A stretch of DNA of 64,000 bases. It comes from Chrysomallon squamiferum (taxonomy: Eukaryota; Animalia; Mollusca). This document shows positions 18,797 through 31,259 of this stretch, in pieces. A program made the position numbers and the translations under genes. The notes below the pieces were generated by a model, which was not told the DNA's origin, did no database searches, and saw nothing but the letters and a program-made list of their open reading frames with translations. The number at the start of each line of letters is the position of its first letter. The stretch's first letter is position 1. The stretch covers positions 8,060,001-8,124,000 of the forward strand of contig CM022674.1 of the NCBI GenBank assembly GCA_012295275.1. The letters run 5' to 3'.

Positions 18797-21715
18797 CTAG
18801 TCAGGATTGAAAAACCATTTCTTTGTCAGCTGATTCAGTGGAGAAGGTAAAGTTTTAAAACCTTTTTTATGCTGAAATTCATCAACAATTTTTTTTGTTT
18901 ACCTGAAAACAAACAAACAGAAAAAAAATTAAATGCTTTTCAGAAATATTATTAATGAAACTAATCAAGTATTTGACAAATTTAACTTACTAAATTGAAA
19001 AACAATAATATTAGTGACTAACTTACTAATTTGACAAACAATATTCGTGACAAATTGTCTAATTTGACAAACAACAATATTAGTGACAAATTGATAATCT
19101 GGCAAATTATTAATTAGTTACAAATGTATTGACCAGTTTTTTAATAATTAAACAAAAAATATCATTTGTCCTCCATTCTACAGGGAAATATTTTTTGTTC
19201 ATCTCTACAAGTCTTTTATCAAAGGTTTTCCTATATATTCTCCCATCTTGAAAATATAAAGATTCCTTGACATTAATTTAAATAGAATCACCATTTACTT
19301 TTTCACCACGTTTTCTCTCTCATTATGATCTTAATGATATACACAGTACCATGTATTCCTAGCTCAAGATTATATTAAACTAAAAAGATGACTAAAAGTA
19401 ATGATTACCATGATTAACATGTCAGCTAGATGTTCCTGACGCCATTTCTGTGAGAAAACATCAACCAGGGCATTGATGAAAACACTTCCTTCTTCTTCAT
19501 TTCTGTAAGAAACATATCCTGTAACACAGAAAACAAGTCAAATGTTAAGTTGTAAATAAAATAAATGTAAGGTGAAACTGTTATGTGTCACTACTGACTG
19601 TTTGAATTTAATATTAGTTATTGATTAGTGAATTGAAGTTTACAATCTTCTTTACTCTTATTAAGAGTTAAATGTAAAGCAGAATATATTCAGCATAATT
19701 CTGTGTTCTTGTTTTGTTTCTTTTCAGCCATCCAATCTTATTTCATAACAAAGAATGCATAATAACAAAAGAGAACATTTAAAAAATTTGGCACCATTAG
19801 TTTGACAGAAGATTAATTCGCTCTAAAGTTTCATTTTGTGTTGTCATAAAAATAAAGCTATCTGTACACTAGATATGCAATGCTGTAAAGATGCAAAAAT
19901 GGCTTCATTCAGATATTTTTGTTATTCTGTGTTATATCTGATAATAAGTCAACAAAAACAACAAAATAATGGCTTTGAATTTCAAAGAATTTTTATCAAG
20001 TTATGTATCCATGCAGACACAAAAATGTTTAAATAACAAAATGTTTATGAAAAGATAGATGGTATTGTAGTGTACTGTTGTTATTTACCTTGTGTTGTAG
20101 CATGTGCAAAAATCATGTCACTTTGGTAGTGGCGAGGAGTGATGTTTAACAGCTCCTCACAATTTCCCTGTGCATCAACATCTGTTATCCTCAATAACTG
20201 CAATTACAACATCATTAAATTATACACACTATATTCTTCTTTTAACATTCTTGTATTGATTGATATTCTGAACCTATAAACAGCTACCTCAATATAGTAT
20301 TCCCCCGAATTATTATTATTATTGTCCTACTACTATTACTATTACTGTTATTATCACTATTATTACAACTATTATTTATACATAATCATCATTATCTGTA
20401 TTTTTTATCATTTTTCATTATTTTTAATTTTATTTTATTTTTCATTATAATTTTAGTGATTTGTTTTATTTTAAAATCTGAACCTTTTACTTACAGCTAT
20501 CTCCGTATATTCTTAAATCTTAAAATTATTATTATTATTATTATTATTATTATGTTATTTTTTTTTTTTTTTCACTATTTTTTTATTTTTATTTTTTAAC
20601 AACATTTTACATACCTCCACGACAAGCTTGTATAATAAAGAATTTAGGTTTCCCCTCTAGTTCTGGACACATCCTGTTACCAAACCAACTTTTGAGATCA
20701 TCCACTGTGATGTAGTTGTAAGGTACATTCTCAGACACATATCCATCAGTGCCAAAAATTTTGTCACCATGGTCACCATGTGAAAGAATGACCACTACCA
20801 AAGAATCCACAATTTTGTTGTCTGGATGCTTAGAAAACTCTTTAAGTCGTCTTTCCATTTCCTGTGAGAAATAACATTACTGATTCACACAGAAAGAAAA
20901 CAAAAGAATAATTTCTGAATTTAGAAAATTGACTTTGACACTGAATCACTGCTGAATTTTACTATTATTAATTTAACTTTACTATTATTAATTTTTATAA
21001 AATTTAACTTTGTACAAGGAAAACAACTAGTAACAGGTTAAATTCACTAAAACATAACAGCTTAAATTCTTCAAATTGTTTATTGCTTTTTGAATAATAA
21101 TGAATCCATAGATATAGATGGAAAAATTTAATGTAAATAGTATATAAACATTTTAAAATTCACTTAATAAAATTGAGAATATCTCTTAACATAAGTAATA
21201 ATTTTGAATTCTAATTTTGTTTTATTAAAGGATTGATTAGAAAAATAATAATAATAGTAATAATAATAAAAAGGAACTTTCATACTATGCAACCAAAATG
21301 TTTGCTTTTATATATATATATACATATTTTCTTAAATTCAGACAAATAATTGTATACTTCTGCAGGAAATCAATATTTGTAACTAACCTTAATAAAACAA
21401 AACAACACAACACACACAAAATTAAGAACAATACCTTTGCTTTCAGATCTCTGTCAGAACATACAGAATACCCCAACATAAAAAAGAGTTTTGACAACTT
21501 TTGACAATCAACATCAGTGCCATTACGTTTATCAAGGCTGTCAAAGTTATCATTGTTTACAATGTATACAAAACCCCTTGGTTCAGACTCCATTCTATAA
21601 ACATCCTGAAAAAGAAAGGTATTTTAATATGTATTTTAAAAATGTTATACATTTTGATAGTCACTTTTATGCTTCATTGTCAAATACACTTAATATTTAT
21701 TAATATTAAAGACTA

Positions 21716-21752
<37 letters not shown>

Positions 21753-23284
21753 TAGAAGTAATTTGTGTACTCACATTTCCCAAAACACAATTGTAATGGT
21801 ACGCAACAAAGCTAACTTTAAAGTAAGAATGAAGAATACATAAATATTCTTCTGTACACACACACACACACACACACACATGTGTGTGTGTTATTCTGAA
21901 TTATGTCAGTACAGATACAAACATGAAGTAAGTTTTTCAAATGTCATGACATTAAAATATCTGCTGAATTGATATAATAAATATTTAAAAAATAATTTAA
22001 ATAAATATAAAAATAAAGAAAGAAGAAAAGAGATGAATAAAAGTAATAAGGAAAAAAGAAGGAACAACAAAGAAAACCTGTATTTAATAAGTGAATCACA
22101 CCTGAAATACTTGTTGGATGACTTTCTTGTACCGGGGACATTCCTTCACGTTGATCACACTCCATTACATGTGTGTCTTCAAAAAAAAAAAAAAAAAAAA
22201 AAAAAGACATCATCTGAATAAAAGTATCAAACTTGAAACTACACGTATTAATCAGAAATTAAATAAATAAATAAATGTATTAAAATGTAAAAATAAATAA
22301 TTTAGTAAATAACTAAATAAAATAAAATAAAATAAACAAATACAGAAATAAATAAATAAATAAATAAATACTGAAATAAATTAATAACTAACTAACTAAG
22401 TAAATAAATAAAAAAATCGATAAATAAAGTAAAATAAGGAGAAAATAAAGAAAAACAAAAGTTGAATAATTGTATCTTACCTGTATTAAATGTGTTATTA
22501 CCTGGGTCACTTTCTTGAACTGGAGCAGGAATCCCTTCTTGTCGTTCACCATGACCAGATGCCCTCTCTTGTCTCACTTTATATTCATGTTTCCTGATTT
22601 CATCAGCACAGTGTTGGTGACCAGTATCAATCAAACAAGATATAAAATCTTCATATGCCTCTTTTGGTCGTCTGTTCAGATCAGAAAGTAACATCCGAAT
22701 TTGTTGAGTTCTTGTTTTGCAGACCTTGGAAAGTTAAATTTCTTAATTATTTCAAATTATTTGTCATCAAACATTATGACAATGTTATGCAGATTCACAT
22801 GAATATATCAGCCTCCATGCAACCAAACAAGACTGTTATTTTACTTGTCATACTTTAAGTTACAAATAAAGCTATAACATGAAACCATAAACAAGTACAT
22901 GTAACATAGCACCTCAGTAAATTTCTAAAACATATTTCTATCATAAAAACAAACGAAATAAAAATAACAAACCCCCCCCAAAAAAAATAATAAATTGTAA
23001 AAAAAGAAAGAAAGGAAAAAGAAAAAGACAAAAATGAAGAAAATAAAATTGTAAATAACTAATAAGAAAGAAATAAAGAAACGAAATAAATAAATTAAAA
23101 GCAGATGTGCAAACATATTTTAAGTCGTGTTTGATGAAGAGAGAAATAATACCATCATAGGCTCCAACATCATTTCTGTAAATATTCCTTTAACTAGAAG
23201 TACATCCCAAAGAGTATCTGGTATGATTTTCTGCACAAGAAATAGTCTAGATCGTAGAAGAGCCTCTTTCTGAATGTCATCCAT
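18797..23284 (-). pseudogene. Caspase paralog B: full exon set with intact SHG/QACRG but frameshifts in exons 7 and 9 (pseudogene or truncated product)
   Basis: Exons 23284-23153, 22724-22481, 22176-22102 (original acceptor deleted; in-frame cryptic AG), 21815-21775, 21605-21435, 20861-20615 (LSHG, QACRG), 20197-20089 (109 nt versus 144 in copy D; reads VIEDNRC*), 19518-19409, 18902-18797 (8-A run versus 7 in copies C/D; reads VNKKNC*). Confidence 0.7.
18975..19105. repeat. Degenerate ~32-35 bp tandem repeat in caspase intron 8 (paralogous copy at about 31450-31580)
   Basis: Recurrent TAATTTGACAAACAATATTAGTGAC-like units. Confidence 0.65.
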
Positions 23285-23682
23285 CATCAAAATGATTACG
23301 AATAAATTAAAAAAGAAAATAATTAAGAGTTAAATATCTGCTTAACAGATTAATCAAATAGGAAGTCGTAATACGGGCTTCCCCCAGTAAAAATAGCTCC
23401 ATTTAGAATTGTCTCAACAGTTTTAGAACCCATTTGGTCGTATTGCGTCAGTACACATAACGAACGCAATTTGGGAGATACTTATTCTAATTTCATTTTT
23501 GGGGTTAGGTTAAAGATGTGCAAATCATTCTAAAGATGTACAAACTGTGAGAAGAAACCAGCAACAAGCCAATAAAGGAGACTGATTTTTATTTGAACTT
23601 TTATCATGACAGGAAACAGTCGATATTTAATGTACTGACTTTTATTATTATTATGAAATATGGTTTACATTTATCCTCAAAA

Positions 23683-23713
<31 letters not shown>

Positions 23714-26336
23714 AATAACAATAATAATAATTATTAATAATTTTCAGATAAATCATAAATAATTAATTTCAGTTATGTTTAGCCTACTAATAGCTTAAGG
23801 AGATATTTTGTCTTTTACTAGTAAATTATTTCCTTTTAGGGGAAATTCTTCCATCGACGAGGTAGAAAATAGATTACACCTGAAGGAATGGACACAGTGT
23901 TGCAGCTATAGGCTTCGTAACTTTAAAACAAATTACGATGAAGAAAGTTGTTCATTTATTATCTGTGGTAAATTTGAAACAGTTGTGGCCATCTCGGTTG
24001 ATGTGCAGTTTGTTATTGCAGTTGGCTGAATACATTTCTTTCAGGAGCGTTTGTTTTATTTTTTTATTTTACAGTAAGAACATTCATCATTTTTAGTTAA
24101 TGTTAATAGTGAACGTAAATACTAACTTTTGAAAGAAGCAAGTTACGATTTAGATCTTGTACACCCATTGTGATATTTAATTAAGTTACATCTTAAAGGA
24201 TTAGAAAAAAGTTAAAATATCCAGAAATGCGAAGATCCAGAGTTTCATAGTCTGGAACGACTTGTGTATTGTTATCTTCTGGGACTATTTCTCCATCTGC
24301 AGAGTCAGTTATGTCTCACCGCTAGAGCTGTGACATCTGTTCAGTGATGCACGTTAGAGATTCTTTTCTGTTAATTAACTAACTGCTCCATCAAACAGTC
24401 CCAGTCGGTCCGCTCGGTGACTGATGTGGGTGATGAGGGGTGCGACATGGACTGAATACTCGCCATATTTTTGACCCACGGAAAAGTCTAACTCGACTTC
24501 TTTGATACAAAAACAAACTGAGTTTTGTAAAAGTGTAATTACTGTAATATAAAGTAGATATCCTTTATTTAAACAAAGCTAAACATTAGGCAAACAAAGT
24601 GTAAACAAACTGCACTTAGGTGCTGCCAGGTACACGATAACATGTGTAGACGAAGTAACTGGAGGTTTGGTCATACTGAATTTGCCCCCTAGTATATTCA
24701 GATTTCCCCCGCTTCTGGTCTAGTGATAGAAGTGACTTCTCCTTATTTTTCTAGTCCAGCGTAACTCTGGATGGGTAAATCTTCCTGTTTACACAGTGGA
24801 TTTGATGAAAATACTTCTGTTAATTTTATTTTTTAGAAAATTTGATGCATTGCTGTTATCTTAGGTCGCTCTACCGTTACGACTAATTCAATAAAACAAT
24901 GCAAAATGTGCGCCATATTTATGCAGACTTCTGCTTTTGACATTGAATCTAAATGAGCGAATTCACTTAGGTATCAACACATTTATTATTAGTACTACTA
25001 CTACTATTTTATTTATTTATTTATTTTTACATTTAATTTCTTTTAGAAGGTCAAAGAAAGTTCAGACTACAGCTGCAGGACCTATTGTTAAAGTCAGGAA
25101 TCTCTTGTATAAATGTCTGATAAAGTCTCGAAGCAGAGCTGATTACGACAGCAATTACTGATTTAAATAATTATTACTGATGAATACGTTTTTATAAACT
25201 TTTTTTTTTTTTTTTTTTAAAGATAGATATTGATATTAAACACATAAACAAGATAAATGTATTATGAACCGTATTTTACCTTTTATAATAATGGTACAAG
25301 ACTTTGGGATATCAAAATTTGATGGGTGTTTTGTTTTGTTAGTAAATCATTTAATCTGTGTTGATTTTGTTTTGTACAGATGGGTATGTAGAGACTTTTC
25401 AGGTATGGACATTTGTTAGAAATGTTATATCTTTATACATATTTTCTTAAAACTTAATTATATCTATGCTAGTTTATTCATACCTGAATTAGTCAATGTA
25501 CACAATCCCTTTACAATTAATGTTATTTCGTTTCTTTTTTGTTCAAGCAAACATTCACATTCCTCCATCTGTAGAACTGTTAGTATTATAATCATTTACA
25601 TATATGATAGCAAGGCATGTTTGTTTATTTATGTAGTATTATTGTTGTTGCATTTTTTCTTTCTAACATATTATTATTTTTTTGTTGTTTTAGTTTAATC
25701 CTCATTATAACCATTTCAATCATAAAACTATATTACTTTATATGACTGAGTTAACTGTCCTAGTATGTTTTACTTTAACATTTAAAAAACACACTGAAGA
25801 GATCACATTGCTAGAACGTTAACGCCATGTCAGAATTTAGATTTGTTGATTGAGTATACTCTGTAGTACTGAAATTCTTAACTATTTATAAGTGGATACA
25901 ATTTGCAAATACATGGAGTCTTCACATATTGTATTATTATCATTATCATTATTATTATATTGTATTTTTTTAAATTAAAAAAACAAACAAAAAAAACCGA
26001 CGAAGCAATATTAATAAAAAAAGAAAGATTTAATACATAATTTTGTTTAACATATTATTTTAATATTGGTTTCATATTTTATTTACATTTTGTTATTATT
26101 TTTGGCAATCAATTATTGTTTTTTTTCTTTAGCTTTAAAATGACATTTATTGCGCCTAGAAAACAAAAACACACATTTTTAGTTAAAGAGGTTCTAGTGT
26201 TGACCTGTGTCAGGATTGAAAAACCATTTCTTTGTCAGCTGATTTACTGGAGAAGCTAAAGTTTTAAAACCTTTTTTATGCTGAAATTCATCAACAATTT
26301 TTTTGTTTACCTGAAAACAAACAAACAGAAAAAGAA

Positions 26337-28297
26337 TTAAATGCTTTTCAGAAATATCTTTTGACAATCAACATCAGTGCCATTACGTTTATCAAGGCTG
26401 TCAAAGTTATCATTGTTTACAATGTATACAAAACCCCTTGGTTTAGACTCCATTCTATAAGCATCCTGAAAAAGAAAGGTATTTTAAAAGAAAGGTACAT
26501 TTTGATATTTACGATGTATTTGAAGTGCTTTTCAAGCTTTATTGTCATATACTGTTAATATTTACTAATATTATAGATTAAATATATATATGTATATAAA
26601 ATAATAATACAAAATTTATCAGTAATTTATAAAACGGTCATGTACTCACATTTCTCAAAGCACGTCGTTCATAGAATACAGAACTAACTGCAAATAAGAA
26701 TGATGCATACAAAAATATTCCTCTTTATTTTAAAGTGCAAATTCATTTAAAAAGGAAGATATATATATATATATATATTATATACACACACACAGACACA
26801 CACAATCATACAAAAACACACACACACACACACAGACACACACACACACACACACATATATTCATATATTATTCTGTATTATGTTAACATAGATACAAAC
26901 TTGAAGCAAAGTTTTTCAAAAGAAAATGTCTTCTGAATAGATATAATAAACATGAAAATAAATTAAAACAATAATAATTTAAATAAAGAAAGAAAGTAAG
27001 AAAGAAAGAAGAAAAGAAATGAATAAAAGTAATAAGGAAAAAAGAAGGAACAACAAAGAAAACCTGTATTTAGTAAGTGAATCAAACCTGAAATACTTGT
27101 TGGATGACTTTCTTGTACCGGGGACATTCCTTCATGTTGATCACACTCCATTACATGTGTGTCTTCATGATCTAAAAAAAAATCAAAGAAAAAAGACATC
27201 ATCTGAATAAAAGTATCAAACTTAAAATTACATGTATTAATCAGAAATTAAATAAATAAATAAATAAATAAATGTATTAAAATGTAAAAATAAATAAGTT
27301 AGTAAATAAATAAATAAGATAGTAAATAAATAAATAAAATAAAATAAACAAATACAGAAATATATAAATTAATAAATAAATAAATCTGAAATAAATTAAT
27401 AACTATCTAAGTAAATAAATCAGAAAATCGATAAATAAAGTAAAATAAGGAGAAAATAAAGAAAAACAAAAGTTGAACAATTGTATCTTACCTGTATTAA
27501 ATGTGTTATTACCTGGGTCACTTTCTTGAACTGGAGCAGGAATCCCTTCTTGTTGTTCATCATGACCAGATGACCTCTCTTGTCTCACTTTATATTCATG
27601 TTTCCTGATTTCATCAGCACAGTGTTGTTGACCAGTATCAATCAAACAAGATATAAAATCTTCATATGCCTCTTTTGGTCGTCTGTTCAGGTCAGAAAGT
27701 AACATCCGAATTTGTTGAGTTCTTGTTTTGCAGACCTTGGAAAGTTAAATTTCTTAATTATTTCAAATTATTTGTCATCAAACATTATGACAATGTTATG
27801 CAGATTCACATGAATATATCAGCCTCCATGCAACCAAACAAGACTGTTATTTTACTTGTCATACTTTAAGTTACAAATAAAGCTATAACATGAAACCATA
27901 AACAATTACATGTAACATAGCCCCTCAGTAAATTTCTAAAACATATTTCTATCATAAAAACAAACGAAATAAAACAAAACAAACCCCCCCACCCCCCAAA
28001 AAAAAAATTGTAAAAAAAGAAAGAAAGGAAAAAGAAAAAGCTAAAGATGTAGAAAATAAAATTGTAAATAACTAATAAGAAAGAAATAAAGAATGGAAAT
28101 AAATAAATTAAAAGCAGATGTGCAAACATATTTTAAGTCGTGTTTGATGAAGAGAGAAATAATACCATCATAGGCTCCAACATCATTTCTGTAAATATTC
28201 CTTTAACTAGAAGTACATCCCAAAGAGTGTCTGGTATGATATTCTGTACGAGAAATAGCGTAGATTGAAGAAGAGCCTCTTTCTGAATGTCATCCAT
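26337..28297 (-). CDS. Caspase paralog C: CARD-only truncated product (~208 aa) caused by a ~2.2 kb internal deletion; may be a pseudogene
   Basis: Exons 28297-28166, 27735-27492, 27171-27088, 26687-26650, then exon 5 from 26465 broken at 26358/26357 and fused to the end of intron 8, reading ...NGTDVDCQKIFLKSI* (stop 26337). The old last exon is still present at about 26194-26310. Confidence 0.6.
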
Positions 28298-28713
28298 CAT
28301 CAAAATGATTACGAATAAATTAAAAAAGAAAATAATTAAGAGTTAAATATCTGCTTAACAGATTAATCAAATAGGAAGTCGTAATACGGGGCTTCCCCCA
28401 GTAAAAATAGCTCCATTTAGAATTGTCTCAACAGTTTTAGAACCCATTTGGTCGTATTGCGTCAGTACACATAACGAACGCAATTTAGGAGATACTTATT
28501 CTAATTTCATTTTTGGGGGTAGGTTAAAGATGTGCAAATCATTCTAAAGATGTACAAACTGTGAGAAGAAACCAGCAAATAAGCCAATAAAGGAGACTGA
28601 TTTTTATTTGAACTTTTATCATGACAGGAAACAGTCGATATTTAATGTACTGACTTTTATTATTATTATGAAATATGGTTTACATTTATCCTCAAAATTA
28701 ATTTCATTTGGAA

Positions 28714-28765
<52 letters not shown>

Positions 28766-31259
28766 ATAATAACAATAATAATAATTATTAATAATTTTCA
28801 GATAAATCATAAATAATTAATTTCAGTTATGTTTAGCCTACTAATAGCTTAAGGAGATATTTTGTCTTTTACTAGTAAATTATTTCCTTTTAGGGGAAAT
28901 TCTTCCATCGACGAGGTAGAAAATAGATTACACCTGAAGGAATGGACACAGTGTTGCAGCTATAGGCTTCGTAACTTTAAAACAAATTACGATGAAGAAA
29001 GTTGTTCATTTATTATCTGTGGTAAATTTGAAACAGTTGTGGCCATCTCGGTTGATGTGCAGTTTGTTATTGCAGTTGGCTGAATAAATTTCTTTCAGGA
29101 GCGTTTGTTTTATTTTTTTATTTTACAGTAAGAACGATGTATCTAACATTCATCATTTTTAGTTAATGTTAATAGTGAACGTAAATACTAACTTTTGAAA
29201 GAAGCAAGTTACGATTTAGATCTTGTACACCCATTGTGATATTTAATTAAGTTACATCTTAAAGGATTAGAAAAAAGTTAAAATATCCAGAAATGCGAAG
29301 ATCCAGAGTTTCATAGTCTGGAACGACTTGTGTATTGTTATCTTCTGGGACTATTTCTTAAACCTGCAGAGTCAGTTATGTCTCACCACTAGAGCTGCGA
29401 CATCTGTTCAGTGATGCACGTTAGAGATTATTTTCTGTTAATTAACTAACTGCTCCATCAAACAGTCCCAGTCGGTCCGCTCGGTGACTGATGTGGGTGA
29501 TGAGGGGTGCGACATGGACTGAATACTCGCCATATTTTTGACCCACGGAAAAGTCTAACTCGACTTCTTTGATACAAAAACAAACTGAGTTTTGTAAAAG
29601 TGTAATTACTGTAATATAAAGTAGATATCCTTTATTTAAACAAAGCTAAACATTAGGCAAACAAAGTGTAAACAAACTGCACTTAGGTGCTGCCAGGTAC
29701 ACGATAACATGTGTAGACGAAGTAACTGGAGGTTTGGTCATACTGAATTTGCCCCCTAGTATATTCAGATTTCCCCCGCTTCTGGTCTAGTGATAGAAGT
29801 GACTTCTCCTTATTTTTCTAGTCCAGCGTAACTCTGGATGGGTAAATCTTCCTGTTTACACAGTGGATTTGATGAAAATACTTCTGTTAATTTTTTTTTT
29901 TAGAAAATTTGATGCATTGCTGTTATCTTAGGTCGCTCTACCGTTACGACTAATTCAATAAAACAATGCAAAATGTGCGCCATATTTATGCAGACTTCTG
30001 CTTTTGACATTGAATCTAAATGAGCGAATTCACTTAGGTATCAACACATTTATTATTAGTACTACTACTACTATTTTATTTATTTATTTATTTTTACATT
30101 TAATTTCTTTTAGAAGGTCAAAGAAAGTTCAGACTACAGCTGCAGGACCTATTGTTAAAGTCAGGAATTTCTTGTATAAATGTCTGATAAAGTCTCGAAG
30201 CAGAGCTGATTACGACAGCAATTACTGATTTAAATAATTATTACTGATGAATACGTTTTTATAAACTTTTTTTTTTTTTTTTAAAGATAGATATTGATAT
30301 TAAACACATAAACAAGATAAATGTATTATGAACCGTATTTTACCTTTTATAATAATGGTACAAGACTTTGGGATATCAAAATTTGATGGGTGTTTTGTTT
30401 TGTTAGTAAATCATTTAATCTGTGTTGATTTTGTTTTGTACAGATGGGTATGTAGAGACTTTTTAGGTATGGACATTTGTTAGGAATGTTATATCTTTAT
30501 ACATATTTTCTTAAAACTTAATTATATCTATGCTAGTTTATTCATACCTGAATTAGTTAATGTACACAATCCCTTTACAATTAATGTTATTTCGTTTCTT
30601 TTTTGTTCAAGCAAACATTCACATTCCTCCATCTGTAGAACTGTTAGTATTATAATCATTTACATATATGATAGCAAGGGCATGTTTGTTTATTTATGTA
30701 GTATTATTGTTGTTGCATTTTTTCTTTCTAACATATTATTATTTTTTTGTTGTTTTAGTTTAATCCTCATTATAACCATTTCAATCATAAAACTATGTTA
30801 ATTTATATGACTGAGTTAACTGTCCTAACATGTTTTACTTTAACATTTAAAAAACACACTGAAGAGATCACATTGCTAGAACGTTAACGCCATGTCAGAA
30901 TTTAGATTTGTTGATTGAGTATACTCTGTAGTACTGAAATTCTTAACTATTTATAAGTGGATACAATTTGCAAATACATGGAGTCTTCACATATTGTATT
31001 ATTATCATTATCATTATTATTATATTGTATTTTTTTTAATTAAAAAAACAAACAAAAAAACCCGACGAAGCAATATTAATAAAAAAAAGAAAGATTTAAT
31101 ACATAATTTTGTTTAACATCTTATTTTAATATTGGTTTCATATTTTATTTACATTTTGTTATTATTTTTGGCAATCAATTATTGTTTTTTTTCTTTAGCT
31201 TTAAAATGACATTTATTGCGCCTAGAAAACAAAAACACACATTTTTAGTTAAAGAGGTT

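Noticed and set aside
23808-24029. 73-aa ORF repeated at 28862-29083 (and similar near 15950-16170)
   Set aside because: TTG start, no recognisable domain, and identity is explained by the recent tandem duplication. It could be a transposon fragment, but this is unsupported.
24937-25161. 74-aa ORF repeated at 30004 and partly at 17146
   Set aside because: Low-complexity sequence derived from ARF intron 1; frame not conserved in the source copy.
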